A DNA stretch of 64,000 nucleotides from assembly GCA_031119475.1 (NCBI GenBank), contig JAVHXV010000008.1:83244-147243 (forward strand). Reading direction: 5' to 3'. Below, piece after piece: positions 1 through 9,264 of this stretch (position 1 is the first letter of the stretch; each line of letters begins with the position of its first letter). Below the pieces are notes generated by a model. That model worked only from the letters and a program-made list of their open reading frames with translations, was not told the origin of the DNA and ran no database searches. A program made the translations under genes and the position numbers. The DNA is from Pedobacter sp. GTDB lineage: Bacteria > Bacteroidota > Bacteroidia > Sphingobacteriales > Sphingobacteriaceae.

Positions 1-309
1 ACCCAGGTCGAATCGAACATGCCATTGACGGTCATGACCATCGCCGTTGCCCTTATGGTATTGATCAACATTTTTAACTTCCGCAAAAGGGAGGCACAAA
101 AAAAGATCATCATTGCCAGCATCGTATTCATCATTGCGCTATCTTTCTGGTGCAGCAGGTTTGCCCAAAAAATTCCTGAAGGACTAGAAAATGCCGATTA
201 TAAAGCGGGGATGTTCCTTCCTGTCGTTGCCATCTTCTTCTGTATCTTGGCGTTGCGGGGGATCAGGAACGATGAAAAACTGTTGAGGTCGGCTGACCGG
301 TTGAGGTAG
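1..309 (+). CDS. DUF4293-like membrane protein, 5' truncated
   Basis: Frame is open from base 1; three hydrophobic segments; C-terminal 'IRNDEKLLRSADRLR' is typical of the Bacteroidota DUF4293 family. Confidence 0.75.
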   Translation, partial: TQVESNMPLTVMTIAVALMVLINIFNFRKREAQKKIIIASIVFIIALSFWCSRFAQKIPEGLENADYKAGMFLPVVAIFFCILALRGIRNDEKLLRSADRLR

Positions 310-374
310 TTATTATACAGAGATAAAGCAAATCTTCCAATGGAATAATATATTAGGCCCATCAGTTTAAAAAA

Positions 375-1199
375 ATGAAAAAATTAACGCTCGGCCTCGC
401 CACCTTAACTTTCTTTTTGTGCCTTTCTTCCTGCTCCAGCGACCATGTCCGGGCAAAGTTATTTGTAGAAACCTACAACAAATCGATCGGCAATCAATTG
501 ATCAGTGAGCTCTATCAGATCGATCCGAATATTGCCTACCAGACCGATGCAGCGGTGCTGCCCGCCGAAAATGGCGAAGAAGCGATCGGTGTTTCATTTT
601 ATTCGAGGTTCAGGCGCGATGATCCCGAAGTGAACCTTTATAAACAGATGATCCCTGCCATGTTTGCCTCGTTGATCATGGCCGATAAAAACACCCATGC
701 ACTGATCGAAAGTGGCGCAAAGCTCAAGATCAGCTATTACTCCAGGAACAAAAAGCTGATCCATGAAGTGGCGCTCGACCAGCAGAAGCTAAAATCGCTG
801 TTAAGGGAAGATCCAAAACGGAAACTGGCCAAAGGGAAAGGCACTATTCCGCCCGAGATCAGCAATATGCTCATCGCCTTCAACAACTCCCTGCCCATTG
901 TGATCGATCCGAAGCTGGAAATCAAGATCGTGAAGATCGACTTGGGGAAAGCCGACGAGCTGGTGTACGAAGTAGAAGTGGGCGATGCCATTTCCAACAG
1001 CCTAAGGAGTGTTGCAGCAAAGCAGACGATGAAGCAGGCCATCCTTAGTGAAGGAAAACTCGGTATCCTGATGCAAAAAATAAAGACCGTGGGCCTCAAC
1101 ACCATCAGGTATACCTATAGAAATAAAAAGGGCGAGGTGCTGAGCGAAATCAGCTTCAATGAAGCCGATCTGGTCAATGAGGGAATTCACGTCGATTAG
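375..1199 (+). CDS. Hypothetical lipoprotein with an apparent internal domain duplication
   Basis: 274-aa ORF, signal peptide with lipobox-like LSSC. Confidence 0.7.
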   Translation: MKKLTLGLATLTFFLCLSSCSSDHVRAKLFVETYNKSIGNQLISELYQIDPNIAYQTDAAVLPAENGEEAIGVSFYSRFRRDDPEVNLYKQMIPAMFASLIMADKNTHALIESGAKLKISYYSRNKKLIHEVALDQQKLKSLLREDPKRKLAKGKGTIPPEISNMLIAFNNSLPIVIDPKLEIKIVKIDLGKADELVYEVEVGDAISNSLRSVAAKQTMKQAILSEGKLGILMQKIKTVGLNTIRYTYRNKKGEVLSEISFNEADLVNEGIHVD

Positions 1200-1296
1200 C
1201 TCATTCCAGCTAATTTATTCAGTGTCAATATTTTGACATCTTCTTGGGTTTAAAAACTATTTGCCCTGCCCCCTGTGAAATGCGGATAATTAACCG

Positions 1297-1304
1297 TACC
1301 TTTG
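1297..1304 (+). promoter_or_regulatory. Bacteroidota primary-sigma -7 element for the helicase
   Basis: TACCTTTG matches TAnnTTTG, 23 nt before the ATG. Confidence 0.7.
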
Positions 1305-1327
1305 CGGCTTAATTAAAACAAGTTATA

Positions 1328-3166
1328 ATGATAAACCCATTTAGTAAATTGGGGATAAGTGATGACGTTGTTAGTGCCGTAAAAGAGCTAGGTTTTGAAA
1401 ATCCTACGCCTATTCAGGAGCAAGCTATTCCTGTACTGTTAGAAGGTAGTAACGACTTTGTTGGTTTGGCCCAAACAGGAACAGGAAAAACAGCCGCATT
1501 CGGATTGCCGCTGTTGGAATTAATAGACTTTAGGAGCAATAAGCCGCAGGCATTGATTTTATGCCCAACGCGCGAACTCTGTCTACAGATTGCGAACGAC
1601 ATCAAGAATTTCTCAAAGAACACGCCTAATGCACATGTAGTTGCCGTTTACGGTGGCGCAAACATTATGCAACAACTACGCGAAATACGCAACGGCGTAC
1701 AGATCGTAGTGGCCACGCCCGGCCGTATGCTCGATATCATTGGCCGTAAAGCCATCGATTTTTCAGCAGTTAAATATGTAGTATTGGACGAAGCCGACGA
1801 AATGTTGAACATGGGCTTCCAAGAAGACATTAACGACATTTTATCGACTACACCAGACGATAAAAAAACCTGGTTATTTTCTGCGACCATGCCGCCTGAA
1901 GTGCGCCGCATTGCCAGAAACTACATGGAAAATCCTGTAGAATTGACCATGGGCACCAAAAATACAGGGAACGTAAATATCGAACACGAATATTATGTGG
2001 TACGTGCACGCGATAAATATGCCGCTTTAAAGCGCATCGTCGATTTCAACCCAGAAATCTTTGCCGTGGTTTTCTGTAAGACCAAATTGGATACACAGGA
2101 TGTGGCCGAGCACTTGATCAAAGATGGCTACAATGCCGACTCGCTGCATGGAGATCTTTCCCAACAGCAGCGTGACAAGGTGATGCAGCGTTTCCGCGAT
2201 CGTAACATGCAGTTGTTGATCGCTACAGATGTGGCCGCGCGCGGTATCGACGTCAACAACGTTACCCACGTCATCAATTATTCATTGCCAGACGAGATCG
2301 AAAGCTATACCCACCGTTCAGGTCGTACAGGTCGTGCCGGTAAAACAGGGATTTCCATCTGTATCGTCAACTCAAAAGAAATCGGCAAGATCCGCCAGAT
2401 CGAAAAGATCATCGGCAAGCAGTTTACCAAGGCCGAGTTGCCAACAGGTTTCGACGTTTGCGAAAAACAGTTGTTCGCACTGGTACATAAAGTCCACAAT
2501 GTGGAAGTAAATACCGATCAGATCGATCAGTACATCCCACGTATCATGGATGAGTTTGCCGAACTGAGCAAAGAGGAAGTCATCAAACGTTTTGCGTCGT
2601 TGGAATTCAACCGTTTCCTAGATTATTATTCGAAAGCACCAGACCTGAATGCACCAGCAGACGAGCGTGGTGAAAGAGGCGACCGCCGCGACCGTGGAGA
2701 ACGTGGCAGCAGAAGCTTCAGCAACAGCGATTATACCCGTCTGTTTATCAACGTGGGCTCTGTAGATGATTTCACCAGGGGAGACCTGTTGGGCTTTGTG
2801 TGCAACAATGGTAAGATCAGTGGTAAAACTGTTGGAAAAATTGACCTGAAAGGTGTTTATTCTTTTATTGAAGTAGAAAACGATACCGTTGATGCCCTTT
2901 TCAGCAACTTTAGGGACGTGAAGTTCAATGGACGCGAAGTGAGGATCGAAAGAAGTGGAGATGCCCCGGTGAGCAACCGTGATGGTGGAAGGCGCGAAGG
3001 CAGAAGAGATGGTGGCGAACGCAGAAGCGGTGGCTATGGCGGAGATAGAAGAGGTGGCGGAAGCGGCAGGCGCGAAGGCGGAAACAGCGGTGGAGGCTTT
3101 AGGGACTTCTCTAACGGCAGACGCGAAGGCAGAAGAGATGGTGGCGAAAGAAGACGCCGTTCTTAG
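1328..3166 (+). CDS. deaD: DEAD-box RNA helicase (DeaD/CsdA type) with DbpA RNA-binding domain and RG-rich tail
   Basis: Q motif, AQTGTGKT, PTRELC, DEAD, SAT and HRSGRTGR motifs; C-terminal DbpA-like domain. Confidence 0.92.
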   Translation: MINPFSKLGISDDVVSAVKELGFENPTPIQEQAIPVLLEGSNDFVGLAQTGTGKTAAFGLPLLELIDFRSNKPQALILCPTRELCLQIANDIKNFSKNTPNAHVVAVYGGANIMQQLREIRNGVQIVVATPGRMLDIIGRKAIDFSAVKYVVLDEADEMLNMGFQEDINDILSTTPDDKKTWLFSATMPPEVRRIARNYMENPVELTMGTKNTGNVNIEHEYYVVRARDKYAALKRIVDFNPEIFAVVFCKTKLDTQDVAEHLIKDGYNADSLHGDLSQQQRDKVMQRFRDRNMQLLIATDVAARGIDVNNVTHVINYSLPDEIESYTHRSGRTGRAGKTGISICIVNSKEIGKIRQIEKIIGKQFTKAELPTGFDVCEKQLFALVHKVHNVEVNTDQIDQYIPRIMDEFAELSKEEVIKRFASLEFNRFLDYYSKAPDLNAPADERGERGDRRDRGERGSRSFSNSDYTRLFINVGSVDDFTRGDLLGFVCNNGKISGKTVGKIDLKGVYSFIEVENDTVDALFSNFRDVKFNGREVRIERSGDAPVSNRDGGRREGRRDGGERRSGGYGGDRRGGGSGRREGGNSGGGFRDFSNGRREGRRDGGERRRRS

Positions 3167-3207
3167 TTCTTAGTTAATAGTTATTAGCTGATAGTTAAAC
3201 TATTCAT

Positions 3208-3242
3208 AAAAAAACCTCGCTATTTATAGTGAGGTTTTTTTT
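3208..3242. terminator. Bidirectional intrinsic terminator
   Basis: AAAAAAACCTCGCTAT..ATAGTGAGGTTTTTTTT between convergent genes. Confidence 0.85.
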
Positions 3243-3276
3243 GTGCATTAGTTAACTAAAAACTATAAACTAAGAA

Positions 3277-3603
3277 TTAATCTTTCGGTCTATCCTTGAT
3301 CTCACCTGCTTTCAGGTACACTTTGGCACCTTTTGCATTGATATAGTATTTGTTGTTTTTACCATCGATATATACGTCTGAGCCATCTGGTGCCATTTTT
3401 CCTTTCCACTTTGCATCTACCACTTTGGCCGTACCTTTAGCCGCTACTTCCGCTGTTTTGTTGGCACCGCTCTTTACTGCCTGACCAGTCTTATGGAGGG
3501 CCTTGCCTACTTTGGTCTTTTTCTCCTGTGCTACCGCATTGAAGTTGATCGACACCACCATCCCGACGGCCGCCAATCCCATTAATATCTTTTTCGTTTT
3601 CAT
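3277..3603 (-). CDS. Small basic secreted protein with a PBCV-basic-adaptor-like C-terminus
   Basis: Signal peptide (AVA-Q), Lys-rich, 'APDGSDVYIDGKNNKYYINAKGAKVYL'. Confidence 0.7.
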   Translation of the reverse strand: MKTKKILMGLAAVGMVVSINFNAVAQEKKTKVGKALHKTGQAVKSGANKTAEVAAKGTAKVVDAKWKGKMAPDGSDVYIDGKNNKYYINAKGAKVYLKAGEIKDRPKD

Positions 3604-3662
3604 AAGTCTTGATTTCCTATAATAACAGTAGAAACAGATAAAATGTTTAGAACATCCCCTTT

Positions 3663-4214
3663 CTAATTGTAGGCCTGATATTTATCCAATATTTTAAAGC
3701 CGAGACCACCTTTTTTGATGCTGACCATTACGCTATCTGCTTTTCCAACGTTATCTGTTTCAGTATGGTCAAAGACCAATTCTTTTTCAATGCCAAAAAG
3801 ATCAATCTTTACCAATGGTACCCTTTTTCTCCGGTTCCATTTAGGCCCAGGCATTGATTTTTTTTCCTTGATATCGTACCTGTACTCAGTTGTAGCCTGT
3901 TCAGCCAAATAAAAATTGGCCGCCATAAAAATGTAACAAGAAATGAAGCCCCAAGAGATCAGGTTTTGCAATAACGGAAAGAAGTTTCCCGATAGCTCAT
4001 AGGTACGTTTGTAATGTGATCTATTAAAGAAAAAAGCAATGAGGCCAACCACTACAATGATGAGGATTGGGATATAGACTTCGATAAGGGTGTGCCGATA
4101 GATCGAAATTTCAAAAATTATGGATGCAGCACCGAGTAAAAACATCACCACATAAAACCCTTTCCAGAATTTCTTGTTCTTCACAATTAGGTTTTGTCTT
4201 TTTTGTCGGATCAC
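3663..4214 (-). CDS. Hypothetical membrane protein (3 TM plus soluble C-terminus); start uncertain
   Basis: 183-aa AT-rich ORF with three hydrophobic segments. Confidence 0.65.
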   Translation of the reverse strand: MIRQKRQNLIVKNKKFWKGFYVVMFLLGAASIIFEISIYRHTLIEVYIPILIIVVVGLIAFFFNRSHYKRTYELSGNFFPLLQNLISWGFISCYIFMAANFYLAEQATTEYRYDIKEKKSMPGPKWNRRKRVPLVKIDLFGIEKELVFDHTETDNVGKADSVMVSIKKGGLGFKILDKYQAYN

Positions 4215-4246
4215 ACCTAGTCTAGTAGTTTCTCTTGGCTAACAAA

Positions 4247-5245
4247 TTAATTCAATTCCTCAGTAAGTGCGCGCATGGCGATGGTGGGCGAAATGCCTTC
4301 ATACAAGATCTGATATACGGTTTCGCTGATCGGCATCTCTACCTGGTATTTTTGATTGGCGATGTGAAGGCATTTTGCCGCATAATAACCCTCGGCAACC
4401 ATGTTCATTTCCAATTGTGCAGATTTTACGGTGTAGCCTTTTCCGATCATGTTCCCAAATGTACGGTTCCGGCTAAACTGGGAATAGGCAGTCACCAATA
4501 GATCGCCAAGATAGGCCGACTCCTTAATGTCACGGTCGATGGGATGTACTGCATCTACAAACAACTTGATTTCCCTGATGGCGTTGGAGATCAGCACGGC
4601 CTGGAAATTATCGCCATAACCTAGCCCACGGCAGATCCCGCTGGCTACGGCATAGATGTTCTTCAGGACGGCTGCATACTCAGTCCCAAAAATATCATCA
4701 GAAATATTGGTTTTGATGTACCTGGTCTGACAGAGGGCAGCATATTTTGCGGCCAATGAAATATCGGTGCAGGCAATTGTAAGATAGGAAAGCTTTTCCA
4801 AGGCTACTTCTTCGGCATGGCATGGCCCACTGATGACCACAATATCCGATAGCGGGATGCCAAATTGCTGATGCATGAACTCGCCAATGATCTGGTTCTC
4901 TTCAGGCACGATCCCTTTAATGGCAGATATGATTTTTTTACCTTTCAGATCTGCCGCTGTTAAAGGCGCCAAAGTTTCCTTCAAAAAAGCTGCAGGTACG
5001 TTTAAGATCACATAATCGGCCGCTTGGACCATCGCCTTGAGGTCTGGGGAGATGTGCGATCCATCGATATTGATTTCGACAGAACTCAGGTAATTGGGAT
5101 TGTGTTTAAACTTCTTTAAATGGGCAATGGAATCCTCATTCCGAATCCACCAAAATATTTCTTTTTCGGCCGTATTATCATACAGCATCTTGATAATTGC
5201 GGTAGCCCAACTCCCCCCACCGATCATGGCAATTTTTGCGATCAT
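4247..5245 (-). CDS. gpsA: NAD(P)H-dependent glycerol-3-phosphate dehydrogenase
   Basis: GGGSWATA Rossmann motif, SGPCHAEEV, LKNIYA, GDLLVT..SRNR. Confidence 0.95.
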   Translation of the reverse strand: MIAKIAMIGGGSWATAIIKMLYDNTAEKEIFWWIRNEDSIAHLKKFKHNPNYLSSVEINIDGSHISPDLKAMVQAADYVILNVPAAFLKETLAPLTAADLKGKKIISAIKGIVPEENQIIGEFMHQQFGIPLSDIVVISGPCHAEEVALEKLSYLTIACTDISLAAKYAALCQTRYIKTNISDDIFGTEYAAVLKNIYAVASGICRGLGYGDNFQAVLISNAIREIKLFVDAVHPIDRDIKESAYLGDLLVTAYSQFSRNRTFGNMIGKGYTVKSAQLEMNMVAEGYYAAKCLHIANQKYQVEMPISETVYQILYEGISPTIAMRALTEELN

Positions 5246-5306
5246 AGCGCAAACTTACGAAGTTTTGAACTAAGACTTGCGAAGTTTAGCACTCCGCAGG
5301 CCTAAA

Positions 5307-6665
5307 TTATTTCTTCTTGTCGTTGCTAAAAAGTTTATCCTTGGTGGTTACCTCGACTTTCATTCCATCCTTAAGCTTGTTTTGGATGGCAGAGAATGGA
5401 CCAGACACGATGCTTTGTCCAGATTTTACACCAGATTTTACAATAATGTATTTATCATCTTGTATACCTGTAGTCACCTCACCTTTTTTAACGGTCTTGG
5501 TCTTGTCATCGAAAAAGTACACAAACTGCTTTACTTTCTTGTCGGTGAGCTTGGTCTTTTGCTTATCCATATCCTGGTTGTTGCCGCCACCATTCTCCTC
5601 GCCTTTTTTCTCTTTTTCACCAGTAAAGACGGCTTGGATCGGCACCGCCAGTCCGGTTTCAGATTCGCTTTCAATATCAACAGTGGCCGAAAGTCCTGGC
5701 CTAAAGGGCGATGGCAGGTCTTTGGCGCCATTTTTAACCTGATCATAAGACTCAGACAATAGACGGACTTTTACCGAAAAATTGGTTACCTGATCTACGG
5801 ATGCGGTTGTAGTGCCCACACTGGTTGAGGAACTTGCAATTTCGGTCACGATGCCCTTGAATTTCTTGTCGGCAAAGGCATCAATCTCAATTGTCGCGCT
5901 ATCGCCCACATTCACTCGGTTAATGTCGTTCTCATTTACATCAACATTTACCTCCATGGTTTTGAGGTTGGAAATCCTCATGATTTCTGTACCGGCCATC
6001 TGCGATGTTCCCAAGATACGGTCGCCCAGTTCAATAGACAATTTGGAAACGACCCCATCAACTGGCGCATAAATGGTTGTCTTGGCCAGGTTGGCACCCG
6101 CTTCTTTCACATTGGCACCGGTTTGTTCCAATCCGAATTTTGCACCGGTCACATTTTCCTTTGCACTGGCCAAACTTGCTTTTGCAGAAAGATAGGCAGC
6201 TTTGGCCGCATCAAATTCTGAAGCTGAAATCACTTTCTTATTGTAGAGCTCTACGTTACGTTTATAGGTAGCTTCGGCATTGACGAAATTGGCCTGACTC
6301 TGTGCCAATGATTGCTGTGCCGCAGCCACGCTCGCTTTTTGCGAGTTGTAGGAAGCCACAGCCCTTTCGTATCCAGACTGGAGCACATCTGGGCGCACCT
6401 TACATAGCAATTGGCCTTTTTTAACCACGTCGCCCTCTTTAACAAGCAGTTCGGTTACCTCTCCAGAAACCTCTGAACTGAGTTTAACTTCAGTTTCCGG
6501 TTGGATTTTACCATTCGCGGTTACGGTCTCGACCACTTTTTTGTCGCCCGCTTTTTCTACGGTGATCTTCTCCACTTGCTCACCACCAATCACACCTGTG
6601 AATTTGAGCACGATTAAAAGTAAAATTACTCCGCCAAGGCCAATTAAAATGTGTTTAAGTTTCAT
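5307..6665 (-). CDS. Efflux periplasmic adaptor subunit (MacA/HlyD-like)
   Basis: N-terminal anchor, lipoyl halves 'VKEGDVVKKGQLL' and 'IYAPVDGVV', coiled-coil hairpin. Confidence 0.9.
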   Translation of the reverse strand: MKLKHILIGLGGVILLLIVLKFTGVIGGEQVEKITVEKAGDKKVVETVTANGKIQPETEVKLSSEVSGEVTELLVKEGDVVKKGQLLCKVRPDVLQSGYERAVASYNSQKASVAAAQQSLAQSQANFVNAEATYKRNVELYNKKVISASEFDAAKAAYLSAKASLASAKENVTGAKFGLEQTGANVKEAGANLAKTTIYAPVDGVVSKLSIELGDRILGTSQMAGTEIMRISNLKTMEVNVDVNENDINRVNVGDSATIEIDAFADKKFKGIVTEIASSSTSVGTTTASVDQVTNFSVKVRLLSESYDQVKNGAKDLPSPFRPGLSATVDIESESETGLAVPIQAVFTGEKEKKGEENGGGNNQDMDKQKTKLTDKKVKQFVYFFDDKTKTVKKGEVTTGIQDDKYIIVKSGVKSGQSIVSGPFSAIQNKLKDGMKVEVTTKDKLFSNDKKK

Positions 6666-6779
6666 ATTTTTTTGTTTGTATTTCTTGTTTGTTCTTCAGT
6701 TGTAACATTGCACGGTTGTATGTTGAAAGGCTGACTGACAATCCCACCTTCAACTTTGAACCTTTAACCTTCAACTTAC

Positions 6780-8246
6780 CTAAAAAGTAATTTGTCTGCC
6801 CAAATAGTAATCAATCACCTTCGCCCTAAATATCAGGTCGTATTTTGCCTGGATCATGTCTATCTCAGCTTTATTTCTATTGGTCAGTGCGGTGCTATAG
6901 TCAAGGGAGTTGACCAATCCCACATTATAGCGTTGTTCTACCACATAATAGGCATCTTTCTGTGCATTGAATGCATTTTGTGTAGAAGCATATCTGCTTT
7001 CAGCAGCCCTCAGATCCAATACCGCTTGTGAAATTACCTTGCTGAGGTTATTTTTTGCCAATGATTCCTGGACTTGTATATTCTGATAATTTATTTTCGC
7101 TTTTCTCACGCTCGATCGTGCAGCAAAACCATTAAAGATTGGGATAGAAAGGCTCAGTCCAACAAATTGATTAAAGTTATCTTTCAACTGGTTATTGAAA
7201 TTCTGCGTGGCATAGGTATAACTGAAATCTGGAACGACCACATCTTCATTAGTGGTACCAGTTTTCCCGATTACCCGGGTACCGTTTGGTGAGGCCGAGG
7301 TAATGATCTGACGCCCGCTCGAATAGTTTGAGCCAAAGCCTCCGCCAATGGATAACCTTGGCGAATAGTTCCCTTTGGCAATGTCGATTTCCTTTTCAGC
7401 GGCAGCGGTTCTTAATGCCGCCAATTTGATATCTGGGAATGTGTTTAATGCCGTGGTATAAATGGCACTTGCATCATAGCTGTCTTGCGCAATCTTGGCA
7501 TCTGAAACTAAGGGAACCTGCACTTCAAATTTTGAATTGGCTGGCATTTCCATCAATTGGTTCAAGGTAAGATACGAGATGGAAAGGTTGTTCTGCGCAT
7601 TGGTTACATTCAGTTCTGCTACAGCCACCTGCGATTTGGCCTGTGATACATCTGCCAAGGTCTTATTTCCTGCATCTAACAAAGCCTGCTCCCTATTTGA
7701 GGTTTGTTGGGCAACTTTTAATTGCTCCTCCGATGCTGCCAACAGATCTCTATTGTACAAAATCTGCATATATCCGGTCACTACTGAAAGGATCAGGTCG
7801 TTCTTAATTTTTTCGATGTTGGTCTTATCGGCATCCAGCAATATTTTATTCTGCTTAATGACATTGATTTTTTGAAAGCCCTGGAACAAATCGGCACCGG
7901 CAGAAATACTTCCATTGGCAGAAGAAAACTGTTCGGTAATGTATTGGTTGGTAGAAGGATCGATACTGCGGCCAAAATTCTTGTTATAGCTGGCACTTCC
8001 GTTCAATGAAGGATATAGGGCATATTTTGACTGGCGTAAAGTTTCATCGCTTAAGGCCGCGCTAAACTCTGCCTGTTTGATCTGCAAGTTATTTTTTAGC
8101 GTATTTTCTACCGCCTGTTGGATGGTGATCACTTGCTGTGCACTGGCTTTTTGGCCATAACTGATGGCTGCCGTCAACATGATGGTGGCGAAAAGTTTGG
8201 TTAATAAGCTAAAATTGGCAACTTGTTTCATAAAAATTAGTTTCAC
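6780..8246 (-). CDS. TolC family outer-membrane efflux protein
   Basis: Signal peptide, two OEP repeats, 'LSLSIPIFNG', 'RYNVGL'. Confidence 0.9.
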   Translation of the reverse strand: MKLIFMKQVANFSLLTKLFATIMLTAAISYGQKASAQQVITIQQAVENTLKNNLQIKQAEFSAALSDETLRQSKYALYPSLNGSASYNKNFGRSIDPSTNQYITEQFSSANGSISAGADLFQGFQKINVIKQNKILLDADKTNIEKIKNDLILSVVTGYMQILYNRDLLAASEEQLKVAQQTSNREQALLDAGNKTLADVSQAKSQVAVAELNVTNAQNNLSISYLTLNQLMEMPANSKFEVQVPLVSDAKIAQDSYDASAIYTTALNTFPDIKLAALRTAAAEKEIDIAKGNYSPRLSIGGGFGSNYSSGRQIITSASPNGTRVIGKTGTTNEDVVVPDFSYTYATQNFNNQLKDNFNQFVGLSLSIPIFNGFAARSSVRKAKINYQNIQVQESLAKNNLSKVISQAVLDLRAAESRYASTQNAFNAQKDAYYVVEQRYNVGLVNSLDYSTALTNRNKAEIDMIQAKYDLIFRAKVIDYYLGRQITF

Positions 8247-8314
8247 AATAATAAATAAACAATTAATGATTTTTGTAAATTTTTAAGTAGTGCAGGTAAA
8301 TGTTACTTTTGGGC

Positions 8315-8974
8315 ATGTACCTGGTTAAGTCTCCCCGCCTACTCAAATGGTTTTATCCGTCATTATTGTGGAATAAATCCCGAAAGGAAAAAATCGTCTA
8401 TTTAACCTTTGACGATGGACCTATACCCAATGTTACAGACTTTGTTTTAAATACCTTAAAAAGCCATGGAGCCCTGGCAACATTTTTTTGCATAGGCGAT
8501 AACATCCAAAAATTCCCTGAAATCTTTGAACGGCTGAAGCAGGAAGGCCATCAGATCGGCAACCATACCTATCATCACCTGAAAGGTTGGGCCACAGATG
8601 ATGAAACATATATAGCCGATTTTCTGCAATGCCAGTTACTTACCCAAACCCATCTGTTCAGGCCTCCATACGGACGGATCAAGAAAAGCCAGATCAGAAA
8701 GCTTAAAGCTGAAAGCCTAAAACCTACAACTCCAGACCATAGTGAGCGCTATGCACTCAGCGCGTTGCAGATCGTCATGTGGGACGTCCTCTCCGGCGAT
8801 TTCGACCAAAACCTCAGTCCTGAAAGATGCTACCAAAATGTGATCGACCATGTTGAAAATGGGTCGATCATTGTTTTCCACGACAGCCTGAAGGCATTTG
8901 ATCGCCTCGCATATGCCCTACCCAGAACCTTAAAGTACCTTGCCGAAAAAGGTTACCGTTTTGGCACACTTTAA
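8315..8974 (+). CDS. Polysaccharide deacetylase (NodB/CE4)
   Basis: TFDDGP, GNHTYHH, FRPPYG and VFHD motifs; start taken at ATG 8315, just after TACTTTTG (8304-8311). Confidence 0.9.
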   Translation: MYLVKSPRLLKWFYPSLLWNKSRKEKIVYLTFDDGPIPNVTDFVLNTLKSHGALATFFCIGDNIQKFPEIFERLKQEGHQIGNHTYHHLKGWATDDETYIADFLQCQLLTQTHLFRPPYGRIKKSQIRKLKAESLKPTTPDHSERYALSALQIVMWDVLSGDFDQNLSPERCYQNVIDHVENGSIIVFHDSLKAFDRLAYALPRTLKYLAEKGYRFGTL

Positions 8975-8987
8975 CAGAACATGATCA

Positions 8988-9101
8988 GCCAACATGATGC
9001 CATGTGCTGATAGTGAATTAACCACTTGAAAATCAATAACTAGCACCTAAACCAAAAACTTCCGCTGTCCGCTAACGGGCGCAAGTGTCCGGTAATGAAC
9101 A
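8988..9101 (-). promoter_or_regulatory. Putative sigma-54 promoter with IHF-like site and two enhancer palindromes
   Basis: Minus-strand TGGCATCATGTTGGC (GG-N10-GC); TAACCACTTGAAAATCAATAAC; TGTCCG-N4-CGGGCG and TGTCCG-N4-TGAACA 20 bp apart. Confidence 0.5.
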
Positions 9102-9102
9102 T

Positions 9103-9134
9103 AACCTCGCAGGTTCTTGAGAACCTGCGAGGTT
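9103..9134. repeat. REP-like palindrome, copy 1
   Basis: AACCTCGCAGGTTCT-TG-AGAACCTGCGAGGTT; near-identical copy at 32341. Confidence 0.8.
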
Positions 9135-9264
9135 GCTACGTAAACCACCTATTTGGAATCTCTCTAAATAAGATTATGAGACAAGCATGATAGCTTTTAA
9201 GCCCGTTTTTTTGTAAATTCGCTCCCGAAATAGACGAATAGCTTACCTTTTAACCAATTTATCA

